Made by a program: the position numbers and the translations under genes. Positions 58,365 through 64,000 of a DNA stretch of 64,000 nt are shown here, in pieces. How positions within the stretch are numbered: position 1 is the stretch's first letter; every line of letters begins with the position of its first letter. The DNA comes from the human T2T-CHM13v2.0 reference genome, Homo sapiens. The DNA lies in assembly GCF_009914755.1 (NCBI RefSeq), contig NC_060937.1; one strand, written 5' to 3'. The notes beneath the pieces are model-generated. The model saw only the letters and a program-made list of their open reading frames with translations. It searched no databases and was not told where the DNA came from.

Positions 58365-58600
58365 AATAATAATAGATACCATTTATCGAATACTTACAGT
58401 GTGCTAGGCATTGTGTTATGCAGTGAATGAATTCACTCACTTAGTCCTCATAATCATCTGATGAGCTAGGTACTAGGGCTGTTAGTATTTTAAAGATGAG
58501 CAAAATAAGGCCAAGAGAGTTCAAATAAGTCAACCATGTTCATATAGCTGCTAAGTGGCAGAATCAAGAGGGACCCAGGCAGCTTAGCCCCAGAGCTACC
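58365..58600 (-). mobile_element. MIR SINE, near full length
   Basis: aataataatagataccatttatcgaatacttacagtgtgctaggcattg...gatgagcaaaataaggccaagagagtt. Confidence 0.78.
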
Positions 58601-58651
58601 ACAGTTATGAAGGAGCTGACAACCAAAAGCCTTTATTTTCCCCAGAGATGA

Positions 58652-58981
<330 letters not shown>

Positions 58982-59065
58982 AAGAATTACCTTTTAAGAG
59001 TTGAGATTTTCCAAGCAATTTTACACTACTATATCTGGGTTATTCTCACTAAAAATAGCTATTTA

Positions 59066-59221
<156 letters not shown>

Positions 59222-59450
59222 GGTATTTATGAAATCTTTATCTGAATTTAGAGAGTTTAGCCTGCCATCATGATTAAAAACTCAGAATAGCATTGCAAAT
59301 AAACACACATGAAATATATGCATGTGTGTATATATGTATTATATTATATGTTATATGTATAGTTATACATATAATATATTACATTATACATATAATGTGT
59401 ATGCACATCTTCACCTTTGAAAATCCCAAATGACTGAATTAATTATACCA

Positions 59451-59905
59451 TATATTTTCTTCTTATTGCTGCTGTAACAAATTACCACAAACATAGTGGC
59501 TTAAAAAAACATCAATTTCTCTTACAGTTCTGAAGGTCACATTTTGAAATGGCTTTCATTGGGCTGAAATGAAGGTGTAGGCATGGCTGCATGACTTTCT
59601 GAAGGCCCTGTGGGAGAATCCATTTTCACGCCTTTCCCAGCTTCTAGAAGCTGATTGCATTCTTTGGCCCACGGGTCCCTTCCATCTTTGAAGCCAGCAA
59701 TTGCTGTCAAATCTTTTTCCTCATGCTGTCTCCCTGGATCTGACTCTTTTGCTTCTCTGTCTCCCATTTAAAGCCCACTCAAATAATCCAGGATAATCTC
59801 AATATTTTAAAGTCAGCTGATAAGCAACCTGAACTCCACCTGAACTAACCATGTACTATTGCATATTTCTGGGGATTAGAACATGAACATTATTCTACCA
59901 CCACA
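59451..59905 (-). mobile_element. MLT1D-like MaLR solo LTR
   Basis: tattgctgctgtaacaaattaccacaaac...ataatccaggataatctc...ttattctaccaccaca. Confidence 0.85.
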
Positions 59906-60021
59906 AACAGGAACTTTTCCTGCCCCTGAAATGTACTCGTTTTTGGAAAAAGCATGATGGTCTTTAACTTTACACAATGAAATGACCAATTTTACCATTT
60001 AGGACAGAAAGTCAAGGATAA

Positions 60022-60140
60022 TTATATTGGTCCATTCTTGCAATGCTATAAAGAAATACCTGAGACTGGGTAATAAAGAAAAGAGGTTTAATTGGTTCAC
60101 AAAAGAGGTTTAAGAGTTCTGCAAGCTGTATAGGAAGCAT
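60022..60140 (-). mobile_element. MST/THE1D-type LTR end, cut by the MER61 insertion
   Basis: gctataaagaaatacctgagactgggtaa...aagaggtttaattgg...gctgtataggaagcat. Confidence 0.85.
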
Positions 60141-60468
60141 TGAGACAACCAGGTTGCGGGGGGACTCTGGAGAAACTCCAACCAGCCTGCCCACTGAGGT
60201 AGAGCCTCAGGAAGTTCACTCTCTACACGGGGGAGGAGCCTGGCCTCTCCTCTTCCTATGCAGAACCTGGGATTCAAATGGCAGGTGGGAAGCACTCTAA
60301 CAGGGGACCCTGGCCTTGCAGAAGAAACCTGTTTCCCCCTTTGTTTCCTTTTACCCAATAAAACCCTGCTTTACTCACCCTTTAAACTGTCTGTGAGCCT
60401 AAATTTCTGTGGCCATGGGAAGGACAAGAACCCTGTCCTTGACTGAACTAAGGAAAAGTCCTGCAACA
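60141..60468 (+). mobile_element. MER61-type 5' LTR (ERV1)
   Basis: TG...CA termini, ggagaaactccaaccagcctgc, AATAAA near 60357, ends ctaaggaaaagtcctgcaaca. Confidence 0.88.
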
Positions 60469-60472
60469 TTTT

Positions 60473-60490
60473 TGGCGCCCAACGTGGGGC
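60473..60490 (+). other. Primer-binding site for tRNA-Lys(CUU)
   Basis: TGGCGCCCAACGTGGGGC, 18/18 complement of the tRNA-Lys1,2 3' end, 4 nt after the LTR. Confidence 0.92.
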
Positions 60491-62540
60491 TCAAGAAGCT
60501 GTGAGTGAAATGGGCATTCAAAACCTCTCACTGTTGCTCCTAAGCATTTTCATCCTTGGACTTCTGAGGCTGGGGGAGACATGCCCCCAAACCCCATCAC
60601 TCCTGGGAGTTAGGGGAAATGTCCTTTCCTTCCTTTTTTGATAAGGACAGGCAAGTAGGGGCTCCTTGCCACCCCTCCCCTCCAAGCGAGGGGTGGAACA
60701 CATGGCCCAAGGGTCCTGTACAGTCAGCTGACTGGTTCCCAGCCACAAGCTGCCACAGCCTTCTCCTTCCTTGGCCAAGGGGTTCAGCTTTATTGGGCAG
60801 TAACTAAACTTTTCTCCTGATGGAGGAACCACTTGCCTAAGAATAAGAGGTTCTTCCCTAGGCATTTTTAAAGTGTTCTTTTTTCTTTTCCCTTCTCTAC
60901 CCCATCAGCAGTTAATCTTTAAAGTTTTTTTCCCCTTTAAAAGACGTTCGATATCTGCCTGTTCTCCTAGCCCTGTCTCTTAAAAAACCCCATCTGGGGA
61001 CTGGGTTTTCTTTTGCCTGTGTGTGTTTGTACTGTATGTGATGTCTGTAAAAAGAGTTCTAATTAACTTGGCCTAAAGAAAGAGAGGCACTTGGATCTAA
61101 TATTTTTTAAAGGGAAGTTAAAAGCGGTGGAACCTTTCAGTTCACATGACTTTAATCTTTAAGAAATAAAAATAGCCTTAAAGACTATTGGTAAAATCCA
61201 GGTCAGATGCAAGGTTTGCTAACTGTCTTGAGGTTACAAACTGTCCTTTGGGTTTTGAGAACTATTTAACTTGCCAGCTTCACAGTTGGTAAGGCCTGGG
61301 GACATATGAAATTGGAACCATGCCCTTAACTAAGAACGCAAAGCTTGGCTGCAATTAGCACAAAATTAAAGCAACTTACCAAGTTTTACCTTAAAGTTAA
61401 AAATTGCTAGGAGTTAATTGAAACTACTAGAAATAGATTTACACAGAAGATGTGTAACAACAGTAAAATGTGATGTTTTTAGTAAAAGGTTATAAGAAGG
61501 CATGGAAATGTAAACTTTTGTTTAGGGTCAAAGGATTGTTTTAAATTAGATAGGAAAAAGCTGAAGGTTCAAAGAAATAATAGAAGCATTGTTGGGATAA
61601 TCTTGCAGAAGAGGTTCTCTGTGTGAACATATTGACTAAATTAAAAAAGGATATTATATGGTTTTTCTGTAAATTGAGCATTGAAATAAAAGCATAACAA
61701 AGTTTTCCTAGGGTGCTAATATGATCTTTGGCAAAATTTGTAAAGGGTTATAAAAGCTTTATGCTTCTTTAAGATTTTTGAGTCATCATTTTGGCAAAAT
61801 AAATAATTTATGGCAACCTGGAATTCTATTTCATAACTTTAAGTGTTTTAAACCTCGAACATTTAATGGCCTTCCCCAAATCAAATTTCAGTTTCAAAAT
61901 TGTCTTTCCTGACACCTGGCTTTTCGGATAGTCCAGAGGGCCCCTGGAATGTCCAGAAAAGAGAGGTAAACAGGATTATTTGACTTGTTTAGGTACATGG
62001 AATTGCCCAAATGATGTTCAATCTTCTTTAGGTTATATCTTGGTAAACAATGCTAATATATGTTCCAAAGTTGTATGAGATTTCTAAAATTCAAATGTCT
62101 GAGTATATACTACCTATTATAATTAAGGTTGTTATGTTAAGTTATTGTGAACTACAGAGATAACCAAACTTCTTTGTCAGTCATGTTTCTTAACTGTAAC
62201 TACCCTGGACATTTTGCTATTCACACACAATTATTTTGTTTTAATCCTTTTCAAAGATGGTTTATAATGAGCTATGGAAGTTTAACAGGTGCTTTCAAAT
62301 ACAGGCTTCTGATAACTTTAGAGATTGTACATTGGAATAAAGGAAAATGTACAGGACTCATGAAGAGCTGAAATGCCCTTGAATATCAAGCAAAACCAGA
62401 GTTTACTAAATGGACTGAATTCAGAAAGTTGAAGGAACTTTTTGACTTTCGCTTGGAATGTTGATGATTCTTGTTTTGTTTTTCAGAGTCAAGGAAACTT
62501 ATTTCAACTATTTATGGTCTTTAATAATTAACTAAGATAT

Positions 62541-62838
62541 GGCCGGGCACGGTGGCTCATGCCTGTAATCCCAGCACTTTGGGAGGCTGAGGTGGGAGGA
62601 TCATGAGGTCAGGAGATTGATACCATCCTGGCTAACACAGTGAAACCCCGTCTCTACTAAAAAATACAAAAAATTAGCCGGGCGTGGTAGCAGGTGCCTG
62701 TAGTTCCAGCTACTCAGGAGGCTGAGGCAGGAGAATTGTGTGAACCTGGGAGGCAGAGCTTGCAGTGAGCCAAGATTGAGCCACTGCATTCCAGCCTGGG
62801 CAACAGAGCAAGACTCCATCTCAAAAAAAAAAAAAAAA
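62541..62838 (+). mobile_element. AluY within the ERV
   Basis: ctggctaacac and gagcttgcagtgag; TSD-like aa(c/t)taagat. Confidence 0.9.
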
Positions 62839-63155
62839 ATTAAGATTTGGAGCATGTTTGTTTCCCTCTGCTTGATTCCTCTAGAATTTGGAAACTATCT
62901 GTGAGTATTCTAACCTGTGGCAATATAGTTGTTTGCATCAGTGCAATAAGATTCCATTTTTCTTTGCAACAGGACACAATTAGATAAAATGGTTATTTTA
63001 CCAAGGCTTTGACTGGAAGAGTATGCTTCCCTTTAAGGAGTCAAGCTGAACTTACAGATCTGATAAAAGCCCCATGGGAGACTGGCCTCATACCTTTGTC
63101 TATACAGTCCCTGTACAGGGTTCCTGACCTGTGGTCAGCAAAGAATGTCACTTTT

Positions 63156-63443
<288 letters not shown>

Positions 63444-63704
63444 CTAACAGGTTAGGAGCTCCAGGTTTATCTTGGGACCTTAAGAGGAGAGGATCACCCA
63501 ACTCATAGGTTTTTAAGGATGCAAACCCATGTCTGGGTTTGGTTTTAAAAGGTCTTATCTGAGATTCCTTGTGGAACAAACTTCCATCAAAGCCAGTCCA
63601 AAAGGCCTTCGTAGAAATAACCATTCTTGCTGCACTTTATGCAAATAATCAGGCCAAATATAAAACTACAGTCTATTTTGCAAACAACTCAGTGCTATCA
63701 TAAT

Positions 63705-63733
63705 TTGTTGTTGTTGTTGTTGTTGTTGTTGTT
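63705..63733. repeat. (TTG)n microsatellite
   Basis: Read directly. Confidence 0.95.
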
Positions 63734-64000
63734 AACAAAAATGAGGACTGGAAAGAGAAAAATTGTGTTCCAAAACTTATCATACATTGGTCATTAAATT
63801 CTAAACTCGTTAGTTTTTAAGTTTTTGCCTGCATTTTAGACTAACCCTACTTGTTCCTGTGAACCCACTAGAAATTTCTGGCTACAGCTCAGAAAGAACA
63901 AAAGGGATGGGTAATGTAGACATCTGAATCGCTATTCTAGTTCTGACCAATTATCCTGCAAATCCTGCCAAGTGATGGGGAAAAAATAGGATGCCCACCA

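Noticed and set aside
60473-60492. tRNA-Lys gene on the minus strand
   Set aside because: Only 18-20 nt including encoded CCA, directly after an LTR: a primer-binding site.
60576-60585. p53 response element (MER61 family is known for these)
   Set aside because: Only one half-site (AGACATGCCC), in the internal region; no full site seen in the LTR.
60518-60865. Retroviral gag/pol ORF in the provirus
   Set aside because: No MHR, zinc knuckle, protease or RT motif in any ORF of 60469-64000.

Overview
This is not microbial DNA. It is AT-rich, repeat-dense primate genomic sequence (AluY copies point to a catarrhine, probably human or ape), intergenic or within a lncRNA intron. I find no intact protein-coding gene, tRNA, rRNA or CRISPR array, and almost all ORF-track entries are Alu, LINE or low-complexity artefacts. 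The one real protein homology is an intronless SMOK/MARK-family Ser/Thr kinase pseudogene on the minus strand (27769-28335). It has a Kozak ATG followed directly by TAG, HRD->NWD, DFG->NFG, and stops after subdomain VIII. Unlike an ordinary processed pseudogene it keeps what looks like its own promoter (TATA plus a CRE-like site, now separated by an Alu) and a ~550-nt U-rich then UAG-rich leader, which suggests a dead DNA-level copy of a spermatid kinase gene. Other highlights: a probable AmnSINE1 (ancient 5S-derived SINE, a family often exapted as enhancers) at ~41640-42060; a MER61 provirus with a perfect tRNA-Lys(CUU) primer-binding site running off the 3' end; a MER51 solo LTR; an L1 with a twin-priming inversion; an L1 with a template-switch micro-inversion; and an unexplained GC-rich insert at 7452-7875. 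Repeat subfamily names come from visual recognition of consensus sequences, not a database run. L2, MIR and L1M boundaries are approximate.
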